DNA of 64,000 bases from Candidatus Omnitrophota bacterium (GTDB lineage Bacteria; Omnitrophota; Gorgyraeia; Gorgyraeales; Gorgyraeaceae): positions 2,620 through 66,619 of the forward strand of contig JAUSEX010000031.1 in the NCBI GenBank assembly GCA_030649895.1, in the 5' to 3' direction. Below, piece after piece: positions 29,415-39,663 of the stretch (its first letter is position 1; each line of letters starts with the position of its first letter). The notes under the pieces were generated by a model. That model had not been told where the DNA came from and ran no database searches. It worked only from the letters and a program-made list of their open reading frames with translations. The translations under genes were made by a program, and so were the position numbers.

Positions 29415-29416
29415 CT

Positions 29417-31027
29417 ATGAAAAAAGAAACGAAGGAGAAAAAGGCGCTGAATATCGAAGGCCAGCTAGATAAACTGGTGGCCATAGGCAGGAAAAAGGGA
29501 CATCTCACCTATGAAGAGATCAATGGTTTCCTTCCGGAAGACGTTGTTTCTCCCGAACAAATAGAGAAGGTCTTCGCTGTCCTGGAGAAGGAGAACATAG
29601 AGGTGGTTGACGCAGAAGAAGAATTAAAACCTGCGAACAAAGAAGAAGAGGCTGAAGAAGGCAAGCAGATATTTGATAAAGACAGGCGGATTGTAGCAGA
29701 ACCTGGCGAGGCGCGTGAGCCTGTAGTGGATATAGGCATAGAGGATCCCGTGAAGATGTATCTCAGGCAGATGGGTCAAATACCGCTTCTTTCCAGGCAG
29801 GATGAAATAAGACTTGCCCAGGAAATAGAAAAGGCGGAAGAGGATTACAAGAGGTCTATATTAAGTTCGCCTTTTGTAAAAGACGAAGTCCTTGCTCTTA
29901 GCAACAGGATCCTTTCCAGAAGCGTAAACATGGACGAGATTATAAAGGAAGACCCTAAGATAAAAACAGAAATTCTGATATTTAAAAAGATCACGAATCT
30001 AGTGCGCAGAATCAGGGCTGCCAGGAAAGGGTCTAATATCATGGAGTTGTGCCTGGAGTTTAATTTTTGCATTTCCATTGTAGATGATATGGCTAACGGT
30101 ATAAAGATGGCAATTTCCGAGATTGACGCCATTGACAAAGAGATGCAGAGGATGAGAAAGCGCAGGATAAAAGGCAGTATACAGAGTTTTGAGAAAAGAA
30201 AAAAGGACATAGAGTCCAGGTTTGGCAAAAAGATAGACGATATAAAGAAAGATTATGCGCTTATCAGAAAGAAGGCCTTGAGGTTTAATAGGGTTAAAAA
30301 GGCCATGGTAGAGGCGAATCTGAGGCTTGTTGTGAGCATTGCTAAGAAGTATACCAACAGGGGTCTTTCTTTTCTGGACTTGATCCAGGAAGGAAATATA
30401 GGCTTAATGAAGGCTGTTGAGAAATTTGAATACAGGCGCGGGTATAAGTTTTCTACGTATGCTACCTGGTGGATAAGGCAGGCGGTTACCCGCTCAATAG
30501 CTGATCAGGCCCGCACTATCAGGATACCTGTTCATATGACAGAGACTATCAATAAGCTTATAAGGGTTTCCAGGATCCTGGTTCAGGAAAATGGCAAGGA
30601 GCCTACGGCAGAAGAGATCGCTCATGAGATGAGGATGGGCGTTGAAAAGGTAAGAAGCATCCTTAAAATAGCTCAGGAGCCTATTTCTCTGCAGACTCCC
30701 ATAGGCGATGAAGGCGATACCAATTTCGGCGATTTTATAGAGGATAAAAGGGCTGTTTCTCCTGCGAATGCCACTGCTTATACTATCTTAAAAGAAGAGA
30801 TGGATAACATACTTAATACACTTACAGAAAGAGAAAAGAGGGTATTAAGGCTGAGGTTTGGAATAGGCGATGGTTATCCCAGGACGCTTGAAGAAGTTGG
30901 CAGCATATTCAATGTGACCAGGGAGAGGGTCAGGCAGATAGAGGCAAAGGCGCTGAGGAAACTAAGGCATCCTACGAGGTCCAGGAGGCTTAAGAATTTC
31001 CTTGAAATAGCTTTTAGCCAGGAGTAA
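29417..31027 (+). CDS. rpoD: Primary sigma factor RpoD
   Basis: [53 protein letters not shown]. Confidence 0.98.
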   Translation: MKKETKEKKALNIEGQLDKLVAIGRKKGHLTYEEINGFLPEDVVSPEQIEKVFAVLEKENIEVVDAEEELKPANKEEEAEEGKQIFDKDRRIVAEPGEAREPVVDIGIEDPVKMYLRQMGQIPLLSRQDEIRLAQEIEKAEEDYKRSILSSPFVKDEVLALSNRILSRSVNMDEIIKEDPKIKTEILIFKKITNLVRRIRAARKGSNIMELCLEFNFCISIVDDMANGIKMAISEIDAIDKEMQRMRKRRIKGSIQSFEKRKKDIESRFGKKIDDIKKDYALIRKKALRFNRVKKAMVEANLRLVVSIAKKYTNRGLSFLDLIQEGNIGLMKAVEKFEYRRGYKFSTYATWWIRQAVTRSIADQARTIRIPVHMTETINKLIRVSRILVQENGKEPTAEEIAHEMRMGVEKVRSILKIAQEPISLQTPIGDEGDTNFGDFIEDKRAVSPANATAYTILKEEMDNILNTLTEREKRVLRLRFGIGDGYPRTLEEVGSIFNVTRERVRQIEAKALRKLRHPTRSRRLKNFLEIAFSQE

Positions 31028-31050
31028 GCCTTGCCGATAGTTAAGAAATA

Positions 31051-31082
31051 AAAGGGGCTGGATTTTATCCAGCCCCTTTTTC
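31051..31082 (+). terminator. Intrinsic terminator after rpoD
   Basis: AAAGGGGCTGGAT-TTT-ATCCAGCCCCTTT followed by T run. Confidence 0.8.
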
Positions 31083-31144
31083 TTGTTCGCTGAACCATAA
31101 TGAGGGGTTCCGGGGGAACCCCTCATGACGAAAGAGTTAAAATC

Positions 31145-31999
31145 ATGGTTAAAAAGTTTCTCATAGCTTTAATTATTTCCGGATTATTAGCGAAGCCTTG
31201 TTTTGCAGATTTCAGGTTTGCTGTTATAGGCGATACCAGGGGCGATAGCTCTAGCGGGATTAATGTCAAGGTAATGAAAGCTATTCTGGAAAAAATAAAA
31301 CAAGAGAAAGTGGATTTTATTATAGTCACGGGAGATATGATAACCGGATCTACGAAAACCAGCACCCATAGAAGCAGATTAAAAAAATGGAAAGACATTA
31401 TTGAAAGGTACAGGGTGCCTTTTTATGTAGGCGTTGGAAACCATGAGATAGAATCAGAGCTGTCTCAAAATATAGTGAAGTCAATTTTTGAAATGCCTGA
31501 AAACGGGCCACCTGATTTTAAAGAATTGGTATATTCTTTTGATCATAAAAATACCCACTTTATAATGCTTGATACGGAGATTTTTAATAGTTTTCATGTC
31601 TTAGGCAAAGTTCAGATGAAATGGCTCAGAGAAGATCTGAAAAAAAATCAGGAAAAACCCATTTTCGTATTTGGCCATGACCCAGCTTACCCTGTCTATA
31701 GTCACATAGGCAGTTCTCTGGATAAGGATCCGGCGCAAAGAAATGAACTATGGGCTGTATTAAAAAAATACAAGGTCGGTGCTTATATCTGCGGCCATGA
31801 GCATCTATTCAATAGGGGCATTCATGACGGCGTTTATCAGGTGATAACAGGAGGCGGAGGAGCTCATTTATCTGTCCCGAAAGAACAGGGTGGATTTTAT
31901 AATTTCATAATTATAGACGTGAAGGATGCCGGGGCAACTCTTGTTACCGTCAAAGATATAAACGGTTCCGTAAGAGATATTTTTAAGATTGCTCCGTGA
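31145..31999 (+). CDS. Exported metallophosphoesterase (calcineurin-like)
   Basis: Signal peptide, GD, TGD, GNHE, GH, CGHEH motifs. Confidence 0.9.
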   Translation: MVKKFLIALIISGLLAKPCFADFRFAVIGDTRGDSSSGINVKVMKAILEKIKQEKVDFIIVTGDMITGSTKTSTHRSRLKKWKDIIERYRVPFYVGVGNHEIESELSQNIVKSIFEMPENGPPDFKELVYSFDHKNTHFIMLDTEIFNSFHVLGKVQMKWLREDLKKNQEKPIFVFGHDPAYPVYSHIGSSLDKDPAQRNELWAVLKKYKVGAYICGHEHLFNRGIHDGVYQVITGGGGAHLSVPKEQGGFYNFIIIDVKDAGATLVTVKDINGSVRDIFKIAP

Positions 32000-32195
32000 T
32001 TTACTAAACATTTTTCAAGGAGTGTGTGCGAATCTGGATAATTATATTGCCTTCCGAAGAGATCTTTTCTTTATAATTCAAATTTTGTAATACTGTCAAT
32101 GTTAGGTAGCGCTACAATGAGCTCTTGCCAGCCCTGGCGCTTACGTAATATGTTACCTGACTCTTCAAATAGTACAGATTCATAGAATTTTACTC

Positions 32196-32224
32196 TTGTC
32201 ATAATATAATTCAGGTGGTATAAT
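32196..32224 (+). promoter_or_regulatory. Sigma70 promoter for tRNA pair
   Basis: TTGTCA-17 bp-TATAAT 11 bp before tRNA. Confidence 0.7.
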
Positions 32225-32235
32225 TTATGACTTAC

Positions 32236-32312
32236 GGGCCCATAGCTCAGTTGGTTAGAGCACCTGACTCATAATCAGGTGGTCCAAGGTTCAAGTCCTT
32301 GTGGGCCCACCA
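32236..32312 (+). tRNA. tRNA with CAT anticodon, probably tRNA-Ile2
   Basis: Cloverleaf, CCTGA-CT CAT AA-TCAGG, GGGCCCA acceptor stem like Ile2, no fMet hallmarks. Confidence 0.9.
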
Positions 32313-32476
32313 TGTTATTTTACAATTTAAGATAGGGCTTTAAAAGGACTTGAAGTGAGTCCCGCTAGATGCGACAAATAGGAGCATCTGTTTAGCGGGA
32401 CGAGTGGCCGACCCTGAGCCCTTCGCTGTGTTCAGGATAAACTCCGCGAAGGGCGCCAAGTCCTTGTGGGCCCACC
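32292..32476 (+). mobile_element. Mini-insert bounded by 20 bp direct repeat of tRNA 3' end
   Basis: CAAGTCCTTGTGGGCCCACC at 32292-32311 and 32457-32476. Confidence 0.6.
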
Positions 32477-32661
32477 GATTTCGCTGAAAGCGAAATCGAT
32501 CTTGAGAATACGACCGAATAGAGAGTATTCGAAGGACCTAAAGGATTAGTAAGCTAGATAGAATAAAGAATAAGCAAGCGTAGGTCCTTCAGTGCCTATG
32601 ATCTTCCTTTTTGTAGGATTGTTTAACGGCGCTTCAGGATCCAAATTTGCTTTGCAAATTT

Positions 32662-32735
32662 GGGCGATTAGCTCAGCTGGTTAGAGTGCTGCCTTCACAT
32701 GGCAGAGGTCACTGGTTCGAGCCCAGTATCGCCCA
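32662..32735 (+). tRNA. tRNA-Val(CAC)
   Basis: Cloverleaf, CTGCC-TT CAC AT-GGCAG, GGTTCGAGCC; followed by CCG so CCA not fully encoded. Confidence 0.93.
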
Positions 32736-32828
32736 CCGATTTCGCCGGAAACGAAATCGATCCTGAAAAAGCGACGAATAGGAGCTTCTGAAGGACCTGT
32801 TAAAATAGGCATAATATAAGGAGATCAT

Positions 32829-33563
32829 TTGGAGCAAAAACCGATTAAAGGGCAGATAGGACTATTGATAGAACTTCAGGCCTTGGATACCCAGATCTAT
32901 GCTTTTAACAGGGAAAAGGCATCTACGCCAGGTTATCTGAAAGCAATCGATGATATGCTTGAATCTAAGAAGGCAGGCATTAAGCAGGCGGAGGATAGCT
33001 TAAAAGGCGTCCAGCTGAAATTAAAAGAAAAAGAAGGGAGCCTTCAGCAGAAAGAAGATCAGATAAAAAAACTGCAAGGCCAGCTTTATACATTGAAGAC
33101 GAATAAAGAATATTCTACCATGCTTGCCGAGATAGAGGGTATTAAGGCGGATAATTCTCTGATAGAAGAAGATATTATTAAATTTATGGACGAGATAGAG
33201 TTTGCCAGGAAGAAGATATCGGAAGAGAAAGAGCTCTACAGGATTGAAGAGGCTAGATCTCAGAAGGATAAAGAGATTATTAATTTAAAGGCCAAAGATA
33301 TAGAGGCGGCCCTTTCAACGCTTAATGAAAAAAGAAACGTCATAGCCCCTAATATAGAAAAACAGGTGATATCCAAGTATGAGAAGACTCTGAAGAATAA
33401 AGACGGCCTTGCAATAGTGCCTGTTGAAAACGGTTCCTGCGGCGGGTGTCATATGGGCCTTCCTCCTCAGGTTATAAGCGATGTAAAATTAAGAGAGGAT
33501 ATAATTATCTGCGGCAGTTGCCTGAGGATACTTTATATGGAGGACAATGTCGAAATCAATTAA
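32829..33563 (+). CDS. C4-type zinc ribbon coiled-coil protein (DUF164)
   Basis: Long coiled coil, KTNKEY, CGGC...CGSCLRIL; TTG start after AAGGAG. Confidence 0.9.
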   Translation: MEQKPIKGQIGLLIELQALDTQIYAFNREKASTPGYLKAIDDMLESKKAGIKQAEDSLKGVQLKLKEKEGSLQQKEDQIKKLQGQLYTLKTNKEYSTMLAEIEGIKADNSLIEEDIIKFMDEIEFARKKISEEKELYRIEEARSQKDKEIINLKAKDIEAALSTLNEKRNVIAPNIEKQVISKYEKTLKNKDGLAIVPVENGSCGGCHMGLPPQVISDVKLREDIIICGSCLRILYMEDNVEIN

Positions 33564-33975
33564 TATATTTATAGACGGCGCATCAAGAGGAAATCCCGGG
33601 CCTTCGGGCATAGGCATAGTATTTTGCGACGATCAGGACAAGGTTGTTAAAAAGTTATTTAAATTTATAGGAAACGCTACCAATAATGTGGCGGAATACT
33701 CAGCGCTTATATACGCTATGCAGGAAGCGCTGATAGATAGATATGACGATGTAAAGGTAAAGTCCGACAGCGAATTGCTAACCAGGCAGCTGACAGGAGA
33801 ATATAAAGTAAAAAATGATAACCTCAGGCCTTATTACGATATGTTTCAGCATATTGCGAGAGGCTTCAATAAGATAGAAGTTATCTCTATAGCCAGAGAA
33901 ATAAATTCAATAGCAGATAAGCTTGCAAATAAAGCGATAGATTCCAGGTTTGACAGTTCTTTAAAAATAGAATAG
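33547..33975 (+). CDS. rnhA: Ribonuclease HI family protein
   Basis: DGASRGNPGPSG, TNNVAEY, SDSEL, NSIADKLAN. Confidence 0.92.
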   Translation: MSKSINIFIDGASRGNPGPSGIGIVFCDDQDKVVKKLFKFIGNATNNVAEYSALIYAMQEALIDRYDDVKVKSDSELLTRQLTGEYKVKNDNLRPYYDMFQHIARGFNKIEVISIAREINSIADKLANKAIDSRFDSSLKIE

Positions 33976-34385
33976 GCGTAGGCTGGATGATCGCGTTGGC
34001 TTATAACCAGATAGCTGAAAGATCCTTCGGCGCTTTGCGCCTCAGGATCATCGGCATAAATTTTGGCACTAGGGCCGATGAGGAAAGTCCGGGCTCCAAA
34101 GGGCAGCGTAGCGGGTAACGCCCGTCGTCACGCCCCTTAAATATACGCGTGATAGGATAAGAGCCACAGAGACGAGTTCCGCTGTTAAAAATTCGGCGGA
34201 GGTGAAACGAGGTAATCTCTACGCGGAGCAAGGCCAAATAGGTCCGGCTGAAAGAGCTGCCCGCTCGTAATAGCTGGACGGGTAGGTTGCATGATTCCGG
34301 CAGCAATGCCGGGGCATAGATAGATGATCGTCGCAATCAGCGCTTGGCGCTGATTGACAGAACCCGGCTTACAGGCCTGCGCCTA
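33973..34385 (+). ncRNA. rnpB: RNase P RNA (type A)
   Basis: GAGGAAAGTCCGGGC and ACAGAACCCGGCTTA universal motifs; ends pair (TAGGCGTAGGC / GCCTGCGCCTA). Confidence 0.95.
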
Positions 34386-34392
34386 TATATTC

Positions 34393-34497
34393 TTCGAGCG
34401 AGGCCGAAGGCCGAGTCGAGAAGTCTGCACCGAGTTATGTTGAAGAGCTCTCGATTCGCGGAGTTTATCCTGAGCGAAGCGAAGGGCTCGCTCGAAC
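34393..34497. repeat. Nested REP-like palindromic element
   Basis: TTCGAGCGAG pairs with CTCGCTCGAA, GAGTCGAGA with TCTCGATTC; contains GAGTTTATCCTGAGCGAAGCGAAGGG. Confidence 0.7.
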
Positions 34498-34506
34498 ACT
34501 ATTAAA

Positions 34507-35460
34507 ATGCGTAAAATAATAATTTTTTTAATGCTAATGTTAATATCCGCTACTCTTTACGCGGACACTGTTATTTTAAAAAACAGGACAAAGGTAAAGG
34601 GGCTTGTGGTAGATGAGTATGTTGACAGGATTGCCCTAAGCACTGCGGAAGGGGAAGAGCATATCCTGCGTAAAGACATAGACAGGGTAGAATACGATAC
34701 TCCTGAGCAGAATTTTATGCAGCTGGGGAGGGCATATGACGAAAAAGGCTGGTATGACAAGGCAGTTTTTTATTATAAAAAGGCCATGGATATAAACCCG
34801 GATTATAAAGAGGCCAGAGACGCTTATGTTGCGAGCCACGCAAAAATGTGGCGCGAAGAAGAAAAAAGGACAAAAAAAGACATAGATCTCCATAATATGG
34901 CCAAAGAATGGCAGGAGAGGAAAAGCAGGAAGGAGCCGGTTGTAGTTAAAAGCAAGAAAAATATTGTGAAGGAGAGCCTTGGTATTAGTTTAGTGGAACA
35001 TGAAGGCGTTTTCAGTATAAACGATGTGGTCGCGGGCTCAAGCGCGGCCAAGGCAGGTATCCAAAAAGGCGATTTTCTTGTAGGTATATGGGGAAGGCTT
35101 ATACGCTATAGCAAGCTCGAAGACATTCTGGGAGAGTTGATAGGGCCAAAATATTCCGAAGTGAAGATTCTCGCAGAAAGGAACATCCCTGTTCCAGTAG
35201 AAGCAGGGGTTAACACGTATAAGGAGTTAGGCGTGTCTCTTGGTTTTGAATATGAAGGCCTTTTGATAAAAGACATCGCTTCAGGCAAAAAAGGAGAGCT
35301 GTCAGGGCTCAAAAAAAGCGACCTTGTGATAGCCATCGATAAAAATATTACAAGATATCTCCCGCTGGATAGCGTCATTTCTCTGATAAATAACCCTAAA
35401 GGCGATAAAATAGTTTTTACGGTCAGAAGAAATATAAACTTGAGAAGAGAGGGGGAATAA
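34507..35460 (+). CDS. Exported TPR + tandem PDZ domain protein
   Basis: Signal peptide, DTVILKN..VKG, one TPR, two LG(I/V)SL PDZ repeats (GSSAAKAGIQKGD). Confidence 0.8.
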   Translation: MRKIIIFLMLMLISATLYADTVILKNRTKVKGLVVDEYVDRIALSTAEGEEHILRKDIDRVEYDTPEQNFMQLGRAYDEKGWYDKAVFYYKKAMDINPDYKEARDAYVASHAKMWREEEKRTKKDIDLHNMAKEWQERKSRKEPVVVKSKKNIVKESLGISLVEHEGVFSINDVVAGSSAAKAGIQKGDFLVGIWGRLIRYSKLEDILGELIGPKYSEVKILAERNIPVPVEAGVNTYKELGVSLGFEYEGLLIKDIASGKKGELSGLKKSDLVIAIDKNITRYLPLDSVISLINNPKGDKIVFTVRRNINLRREGE

Positions 35461-36056
35461 TGCCAAGGCCTATTTTCAGAAGAAGAAAATATATAATACA
35501 AAAAGGCTTGCAGTTTCGTTACATAGGGTTGGTTTTTGGGCTAGCGCTTATAGCGTCAATAGTCACCGGCTGGACCGTGTTTGCGACAGGGTGGCATTTT
35601 CTCGGAGAAAAGCTTGCGAGCGTTTATCCCCAAGGGCGGCTGGTATACGTGCTCAGGGCTACAAATCTGGCTTTATTGCGCAATCTTTTATTGATATCGC
35701 CTCTGATTTTCATACTAGGGCTTTTATTTTCCCACAGGATAGCGGGGCCTGTTTACAGGATAAGCAAAACGCTTGAGGAAATTATAAAAGGAAATCTTGG
35801 CCTCAAGATAAAACTAAGAGAAGGCGATGAACTTGTGGACCTGGCTGATATGATAAATAGGCTTACGGAAAGTTTCAACAATACCGTGGTTATAGATAAA
35901 GATATAGCAATAAAAATAGAAAAGGACTTAGAAGAGATAAAAAAACTTCTCGCCGGACAGCCGTGCGATTATGCTAAAATAGAATTGCTGGTAAACTCTA
36001 TTCATGCGAAATCTAAAGAACTATCCTCATCATTCAGCAAGTGGACTGTTGCGTAA
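35460..36056 (+). CDS. Two-TM HAMP domain protein
   Basis: RRKYII..LQ, two TMs, SHRIAGPVYRI...LREGDEL..LADMIN; no signalling output domain. Confidence 0.8.
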   Translation: MPRPIFRRRKYIIQKGLQFRYIGLVFGLALIASIVTGWTVFATGWHFLGEKLASVYPQGRLVYVLRATNLALLRNLLLISPLIFILGLLFSHRIAGPVYRISKTLEEIIKGNLGLKIKLREGDELVDLADMINRLTESFNNTVVIDKDIAIKIEKDLEEIKKLLAGQPCDYAKIELLVNSIHAKSKELSSSFSKWTVA

Positions 36057-36118
36057 ATAATATTAAATAGACCAGCCTATGCGTTTAGCGGATGCTGTTG
36101 TAAGCAGGTGACGCTATG

Positions 36119-36147
36119 TTGACAACAGGGTATTTTTTTGTTAAACT
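36119..36147 (+). promoter_or_regulatory. Sigma70 promoter at start of surface glycan locus
   Basis: TTGACA-17 bp-TAAACT with extended TG. Confidence 0.6.
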
Positions 36148-36158
36148 AATAGATACTT

Positions 36159-37325
36159 ATGCGTATATGTCATGTGATAACAAAGCCTGAACTAGGCGGG
36201 GCGCAGCTTTCCACTCTAAATCTTATCTTGAACCTTCCAAAAGACAAATATCAGATATCTGTAATTACTTCTCCCCGGGGTATCTTAAACCCAGACTTTA
36301 AAAATCTAGAGAACAGTAAGGCCTATTTTTCGTCTTTTTTAATAAGGCAGTTAAATCCAATATTAGATATATTGGCATTAATACATATATATCTTATATA
36401 TAGATCTAATGAGTTTAAAATCATTCATACTCATAGTTCAAAGGCAGGGATTGTAGGAAGATGGGCGGCATTTATTTATAATATAACAATATTTGGCTCC
36501 AGGCTTAAGGCTGAAGGCTCTAGGGTTGTACATACAGTTCATGGGTGGCCTTTTAATGATTATCAGCCGTTTTTAGTAAAGAGATTTTATATTTTTCTTG
36601 AGAGGATCACGGCAACTTTCACTACAAAAATTATATGCGTTTCAAAAAAGGATATAGAAACAGGCTTAAAATATAAAATAGCGCCAAGAGATAAATTTGT
36701 CCTGATAAAATACGGGATACCGCTTGATCGGTTCAAGAATTCCAATGGCAACGGAGCGGATAAAAAGAGAGAATTGGGGGTTAATAATAATGACCCTGTT
36801 GTCGGGATGATTTCCTGCCTTAAGCCTCAGAAATCCCCAGTGGATTATGTCAGGGCGTGTATAACTGTTTACAGCAGAATGCCTAATGTGAATTTCCTAT
36901 TGATAGGAGACGGTGTTTTAAGAAACAGGTGCAAGTCAGAGCTTAAAGGGTCATCCCTGAACGGCAGGTTTATTTTTACTGGCTGGAGGAAGGATATTTC
37001 TGATATTCTGGATATTATTGACATAGTGGTCCTTACTAGCAAGTGGGAGGGCCTTCCTATTGCTATAATAGAGGCGCTTAGTAAGGGCAAGCCTGTAGTG
37101 GCAACTGATGCCGGCGGCATGCGGGAACTGGTTAAAGACGGGATCACTGGATATATTACCAGGCCGGGAGATTACAAGGATACAGCTGAGAGGATATTAA
37201 GTATTCTCGAAAATAGAGATTCTTTTTTGAAAATGCAAAGAGAGGCAGCGGAATCAATAGACGATTCATTTGATATTAATGCAATGGCAATCAATATGGA
37301 TAATCTATACAGGAGGCTGGCATGA
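36159..37325 (+). CDS. Glycosyltransferase family 4
   Basis: GGAQ, HTHSSKAG, HTVHG, EGLPIAIIEA, TDAGG. Confidence 0.93.
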   Translation: MRICHVITKPELGGAQLSTLNLILNLPKDKYQISVITSPRGILNPDFKNLENSKAYFSSFLIRQLNPILDILALIHIYLIYRSNEFKIIHTHSSKAGIVGRWAAFIYNITIFGSRLKAEGSRVVHTVHGWPFNDYQPFLVKRFYIFLERITATFTTKIICVSKKDIETGLKYKIAPRDKFVLIKYGIPLDRFKNSNGNGADKKRELGVNNNDPVVGMISCLKPQKSPVDYVRACITVYSRMPNVNFLLIGDGVLRNRCKSELKGSSLNGRFIFTGWRKDISDILDIIDIVVLTSKWEGLPIAIIEALSKGKPVVATDAGGMRELVKDGITGYITRPGDYKDTAERILSILENRDSFLKMQREAAESIDDSFDINAMAINMDNLYRRLA

Positions 37326-38314
37326 TTTTATTCTACACGGTATTGTGCTCTTTTATTTTAAGCCTTTTATTGGTCCCCATTACTATAAGAATAAGCGCCA
37401 GGTTCAATATATTAAAACCGGCGAAAGATAAGAATGGCAAACCTTGCATAGGAGGGGCGGGTATTTACATGGCGTTCCTCGCAGCGGTTTTAACCAGCCT
37501 GTTTTTCATTAAATTGCCTGCTGTGAAATTATCAGGGATTATATTGTCTTCTTCCGTGATATTGCTGCTCGGATTGATAGACGACATAAAAGATCTCAGG
37601 CCTATGCTTAAAATATCAGGAGAGTTGCTGGGCATAGGCGTTCTTATATTTTTTGGATTTTTTACTAAAATAGCATTTCTACCAGGATGGGCGAATATAT
37701 TAATCACAACGGCGTGGCTTTTATTTATAACTAACGCATTTAATCTGCTTGATATAATGGATGGCTTGACGTCAGGCCTGGTAATTATCGTATCTTTGAG
37801 TTTACTGATAGTAGCGTTTATAAATAAAGATATTTTTTCCTGCGTTATTCTCGCGGCTCTTATAGGAGCTCACGCAGGATTTTTAAGATATAATTATCCT
37901 CCCGCCAGTGTTTACATGGGAGATACGGGCAGCCTTTTTTCAGGATTTTTGCTGGCAATGGTAGCTATAAATATCAGCTACGCTCCCATAGAAAGACAGA
38001 TCGCGCTTTTTACGCCTATTTTAGCGATGAGCCTTCCTATCTACGATACATTGTTTCTAATAGTCATGCGTATTAAAAAGAAAAAGCCTATTTTTAACAA
38101 AACAAGAGACCATTTTGTATTAAGGCTTGTGACTATGGGGTGCAGCATAAAAAAAAGTATCTGGATAATGTATTTTTTCAGCGTATTACTGGCGCTATCA
38201 GTAATAATAGTCGCTTTCAGCAATAATTTGACAGGGTTTGTCATGCTGTTGGTTATCGGGCTGGCGTTTATTTTAATGGGGAAAAAAGTCGGGATGGTAA
38301 ATATAGACGATTAG
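37322..38314 (+). CDS. MraY/WecA family polyprenyl-phosphate HexNAc-1-P transferase
   Basis: GLIDD, NAFNLLDIMDGL, YNYPPASVYMGDTGS. Confidence 0.92.
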   Translation: MILFYTVLCSFILSLLLVPITIRISARFNILKPAKDKNGKPCIGGAGIYMAFLAAVLTSLFFIKLPAVKLSGIILSSSVILLLGLIDDIKDLRPMLKISGELLGIGVLIFFGFFTKIAFLPGWANILITTAWLLFITNAFNLLDIMDGLTSGLVIIVSLSLLIVAFINKDIFSCVILAALIGAHAGFLRYNYPPASVYMGDTGSLFSGFLLAMVAINISYAPIERQIALFTPILAMSLPIYDTLFLIVMRIKKKKPIFNKTRDHFVLRLVTMGCSIKKSIWIMYFFSVLLALSVIIVAFSNNLTGFVMLLVIGLAFILMGKKVGMVNIDD

Positions 38315-38329
38315 TGTCTTAGAAAAAAT

Positions 38330-39655
38330 ATGAAAAATGAAGAAACTATAATATTAGGCGCGGGGCTTGCAGGCTTGAGCGCAGCATATCATCTGAAAAA
38401 AGGCTACGCATTATTTGAAAAAGACGGCGAGATAGGCGGTATGGCCAGGTCGGTACATAAAGACGGGTACACTTTCGATTACGACGGCCATCTTTTGCAT
38501 TTCAGAAATGAATATACGTTTAATCTTGTTTCAGAGCTTTTAAACGGGAATCTGGCGCCGCACAAACGCAATTCCTGGGTGTATTCAAAAGGTATTTTTA
38601 CCAGATATCCTTTTCAGGCAAATTTCTATGGCCTTCCGAATTCCGTAGTGAAAGATTGCCTGATGGGCCTTATCAAAGCCAGGGTTCTAAGTGCGTCGCA
38701 TTTAAATTCAAACGGGAGTTTTGAGAGCTGGATAATAAAAACGTTCGGGGAAGGCGTAGCAAATCACTTTATGAAGCCATATAACAAAAAATTTTGGACA
38801 GTTGATCTGAGAGAGTTGACGTGCGAGTGGCTGGATGGCTTTGTGCCTGTCCCGGATCTGGAGGATACTGTAACAGGCGCTATATCGGATAACACGAAGC
38901 CGTACGGTTACAACTCCAGATTCTGGTATCCTGTGAAAGGCGGGATATCTGAATTGGTGAAAGGATTTTCAGGAAAAATCAGAAGCGCGCATGTTAATAA
39001 AAAAGCCGTTACCATAGACCAGCGCAGGAAAGAAGTGGTTTTTGAGGACGCCACAATAAAGAAATTTAAAAATATGATAACTACTATACCATTGCCTGAG
39101 CTATCCGGACTTCTGGTAGATATGCCTTCGGAGGTGCAGCAGGCATTTTCAATGTTGAGGTGGACATCTATATATGTGTTAAATATAGGCATAAAAAGCG
39201 ATAATTTAACGGAAAGGCATTGGGTTTATTATCCCGAAGAAAATGTGATTTTCTACAGGGTAGGCTTTCCCACAAGTTTTTCAACGGATGCGGCGCCCGA
39301 GAACAGGATCTCTATCTATGCTGAGATAGCGTATTCAGATGTAAAGAAGATAGATAAATTTGAGGCGCTCCCCAAGGCTATCAGCGATCTTAAAACATGC
39401 GGTATTATTTCAGAAGAATCCGAAGTGGAAATATGCCTGCCGATGGATATCAAATACGGGTATGCGATTTATGATTCCAATAGAAGGCATGCTGTCCAGA
39501 TTATAAAAAATTATCTGGAAAGATTCGAAATATATACGATTGGAAGGTACGGGAGCTGGAAATATATGTCCATGGAGGACGTGATATTAGAGGGCAGGGC
39601 GCTGGCAGAAAAAATGAATTCATGCAATAAGTATAAGGTTGAGGCTAAGGCCTAG
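38330..39655 (+). CDS. FAD-dependent oxidoreductase (protoporphyrinogen oxidase/UGM-like, glycan-locus type)
   Basis: GAGLAGL, GG..RS...GYTFD..GH, PYNKKFW, FWYP..GG, GRYGSWKY. Confidence 0.85.
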   Translation: MKNEETIILGAGLAGLSAAYHLKKGYALFEKDGEIGGMARSVHKDGYTFDYDGHLLHFRNEYTFNLVSELLNGNLAPHKRNSWVYSKGIFTRYPFQANFYGLPNSVVKDCLMGLIKARVLSASHLNSNGSFESWIIKTFGEGVANHFMKPYNKKFWTVDLRELTCEWLDGFVPVPDLEDTVTGAISDNTKPYGYNSRFWYPVKGGISELVKGFSGKIRSAHVNKKAVTIDQRRKEVVFEDATIKKFKNMITTIPLPELSGLLVDMPSEVQQAFSMLRWTSIYVLNIGIKSDNLTERHWVYYPEENVIFYRVGFPTSFSTDAAPENRISIYAEIAYSDVKKIDKFEALPKAISDLKTCGIISEESEVEICLPMDIKYGYAIYDSNRRHAVQIIKNYLERFEIYTIGRYGSWKYMSMEDVILEGRALAEKMNSCNKYKVEAKA

Positions 39656-39663
39656 GTTAAGAT

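Noticed and set aside
32071-32202. 43-codon minus-strand ORF upstream of tRNA-Ile2
   Set aside because: No clear SD or motif, and it overlaps the tRNA promoter; cannot be supported without a search.
34001-34336. 111-aa minus-strand ORF
   Set aside because: Antisense to RNase P RNA.
32236-34500. CRISPR array or integron attC array
   Set aside because: Repeats are palindromic, irregularly spaced and tRNA-linked; no cas or intI genes.
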